Shown piece after piece: positions 34,802 to 36,220 of a stretch of 36,220 bases of DNA. Below the pieces are notes generated by a model, which worked only from the letters and a program-made list of their open reading frames with translations, ran no database searches and was not told where the DNA came from. Made by a program: the position numbers and the translations under genes. The stretch comes from Candidatus Hydrothermales bacterium (lineage in GTDB: Bacteria > Hydrothermota > Hydrothermia > Hydrothermales > JAJRUZ01), in contig JBCNUW010000021.1 of assembly GCA_039630575.1 (NCBI GenBank), positions 1 to 36,220 on the forward strand, written 5' to 3'. Position 1 is the stretch's first letter; each line of letters begins with the position of its first letter.

Positions 34802-35197
34802 ATGCCTTGGATTTTAAGGAAGAGAGTAAAAAGAGAAGTTGGACATATGCTTTCTAACTATCAGGGTAAATGTGGTTTTCCCCATGGTCATACTTATTGG
34901 TTAGAAGTTGAAGTTCAGTTTGAGGAACTTGATGATAGGGGAATGGGAAAGGATTTTGAGGAGATAGAAACTATAATAAAGGAGATTTTTCCAGATCATG
35001 TTTTTTTTAAACATAAAGATGATAACAGGATAGAGGAGAAAGAGGGAGTTATAAGCTTGCCCTTTAATCCAACTGCAGAAAATTTATCGAAGTGGGCTTT
35101 CGAAAAAATTAAGGAAAAGGGTTTGAAGGTAAAAAGTGTTAAGATAGAAGAAACCCCATTTTCTCATGCAATATATTTTGAGTCAGAGAAAGAATGA
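34802..35197 (+). CDS. queD: 6-carboxy-5,6,7,8-tetrahydropterin synthase
   Basis: H.L....GKC...HGHTY, DF, DH, PTAENL and ET; adjacent to queE. Confidence 0.9.
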   Translation: MPWILRKRVKREVGHMLSNYQGKCGFPHGHTYWLEVEVQFEELDDRGMGKDFEEIETIIKEIFPDHVFFKHKDDNRIEEKEGVISLPFNPTAENLSKWAFEKIKEKGLKVKSVKIEETPFSHAIYFESEKE

Positions 35198-35846
35198 TCT
35201 ACCAGTTGTAGAAATTTTTGATTCTATACAGGGAGAAGGTCCTTTTTGTGGAAGACCCTCAGTTTTTTTGAGATTTGCCTTTTGTAATCTTAGATGCAAA
35301 TGGTGTGATTCAGAGTATACTTGGAAGAGAAAGGTTAATTTTATGTGGAAATCCATAGATGAGATAAGGGAAAAGATTTTGAGGTATAATATCAAACATC
35401 TTGTGATTACAGGTGGCGAGCCCCTTCTTTGGGAGAGAATTTTTTTTCCTCTTGTAGAGGATTTTTTAAAGATGAATTTTCGAATTGAGATAGAAACTAA
35501 TGGAACAATCCAAAGTTTTTTACAGAATGAAGTTTATTTTAATGTTTCTCCTAAACTTTCAAATTCAGGTAACAGTTTAGATAAGAGAATAAAGGTAGAT
35601 GTTTTAAAGAGTTTTAATAAAAGGGAGAGGGTAATTTTTAAGTTTGTTATAAAAAAGGAGAGTGACTTAGTTGAGGTAATTGATTTAAAGGAGAAAGTTG
35701 GGATTGAAAATAGTAAGATATTTTTGATGCCAGAGGGAAAAAGTTATTTGGAGTTAAGGGATAGGAGGAAATTAGTTTATGAGTTATCAAGGAGATATGG
35801 TTTTAGGTTTACAGATAGGTTTCATATTTTGATGGGTGTAAAATAG
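35166..35846 (+). CDS. queE: 7-carboxy-7-deazaguanine synthase (radical SAM)
   Basis: EIFDSIQGEG, CNLRCKWCDS, ITGGEPL, IETNGT and SPKL. Confidence 0.93.
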   Translation: MQYILSQRKNDLPVVEIFDSIQGEGPFCGRPSVFLRFAFCNLRCKWCDSEYTWKRKVNFMWKSIDEIREKILRYNIKHLVITGGEPLLWERIFFPLVEDFLKMNFRIEIETNGTIQSFLQNEVYFNVSPKLSNSGNSLDKRIKVDVLKSFNKRERVIFKFVIKKESDLVEVIDLKEKVGIENSKIFLMPEGKSYLELRDRRKLVYELSRRYGFRFTDRFHILMGVK

Positions 35847-35857
35847 TTTTTTTGTTG

Positions 35858-35886
35858 TTGATTTTTAAATAATATTTTTTTATAAT
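35858..35886 (+). promoter_or_regulatory. Putative promoter for tRNA-Pro
   Basis: TTGATT-17 nt-TATAAT, 9 nt before the tRNA. Confidence 0.55.
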
Positions 35887-35895
35887 ATTACCAAG

Positions 35896-35971
35896 CGGGG
35901 CGTAGCGCAGGCCGGATTAGCGCGCTACCTTGGGGTGGTAGAGGTCCGGGGTTCAAATCCCCGCGCCCCGA
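35896..35971 (+). tRNA. tRNA-Pro(GGG), no encoded CCA
   Basis: Acceptor stem CGGGGCG...CGCCCCG-A, anticodon arm CTACC-TTGGGGT-GGTAG and a GGTTCAAATCC T-arm. Confidence 0.95.
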
Positions 35972-36049
35972 TTTTAAATAATAAGTTCTTTATTTATACT
36001 AAAAGACTCTCTAAATTCAAAAGCCCTTAAAAAATTAAATCTTAATTCT

Positions 36050-36220
36050 TTACTTCTGTATTACAAATTTTGTGATTTTTTTAATTTCAGCAGTTTCGAG
36101 TGAGAGGAAGTATATACCAGAGGGTAGATTGATTTTTGTTTCCACTTTATGTATTCCTTCTTTTTTCTCTTCATTAACAAGAGTTTTTATAACTTTTCCT
36201 GAGATGTCATAAAGTGTTAA
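36050..36220 (-). CDS. C-terminal fragment of a protein ending in a T9SS type A-like CTD (5' part outside the window; not in the ORF track)
   Basis: Hand translation: LTLYDISGKVIKTLVNEEKKEGIHKVETKINLPSGIYFLSLETAEIKKITKFVIQK*, which has the YD..G and L.SG.Y motifs and a terminal K..I.K. Confidence 0.8.
   Translation of the reverse strand, partial: LTLYDISGKVIKTLVNEEKKEGIHKVETKINLPSGIYFLSLETAEIKKITKFVIQK

Noticed and set aside
2814..35395. Short alternative-frame and antisense ORFs in the track (e.g. 2814..3086, 3514..3708, 7784..8005, 19483..19689, 30408..30668, 32010..32249, 35183..35395)
   Set aside because: They lie within or opposite well-supported genes and show no recognisable motifs; treated as shadow ORFs.
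34802..35846. queD-queE as part of a 7-deazaguanine DNA modification (dpd) island
   Set aside because: There is no dpdA/tgt-like or other dpd gene nearby, and the context is translation housekeeping.
1..36220. CRISPR array, IS element, integrase, prophage or rRNA
   Set aside because: I saw no regularly spaced repeats, transposase or integrase motifs, phage genes or long GC-rich non-coding stretch. All intergenic gaps are under about 100 bp.

Overview
An AT-rich, very densely packed bacterial chromosomal window made mostly of housekeeping genes. The organism is a diderm (Omp85 barrel). The rplM-rpsI-rpsB-tsf-pyrH order and three proteins with T9SS-type/FlgD-like C-terminal domains suggest an FCB-related lineage such as WOR-3; this is inference only. 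Left to right: a 5'-truncated secreted protein, an S8 protease, ddl, rpe, tRNA-Arg(CCG), a eukaryote-type citrate synthase, dapF, a degenerate GDH-like protein, an alpha/beta hydrolase, hslV, an orphan CheW, uppP, folC, a Ser/Thr kinase-UvrD helicase fusion and a GT2. A minus-strand block follows (rplM-rpsI-rpsB-tsf-pyrH-DUF374-M16), then an M23 peptidase, a zincin/beta-propeller/Omp85 fusion, yajC-def-fmt-DUF2905, a detached rpsE..infA operon tail, a lone rpmI, queD-queE, tRNA-Pro(GGG) and a truncated CTD-bearing gene. No CRISPR array, IS element, integrase or rRNA was seen. The best candidates for new biology are the kinase-helicase fusion, ultra-short N-terminal export peptides, a recurrent leaderless-promoter signature, a GDH pseudoenzyme and the protease-propeller-Omp85 protein. 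All calls come from reading motifs by eye; no searches were run.
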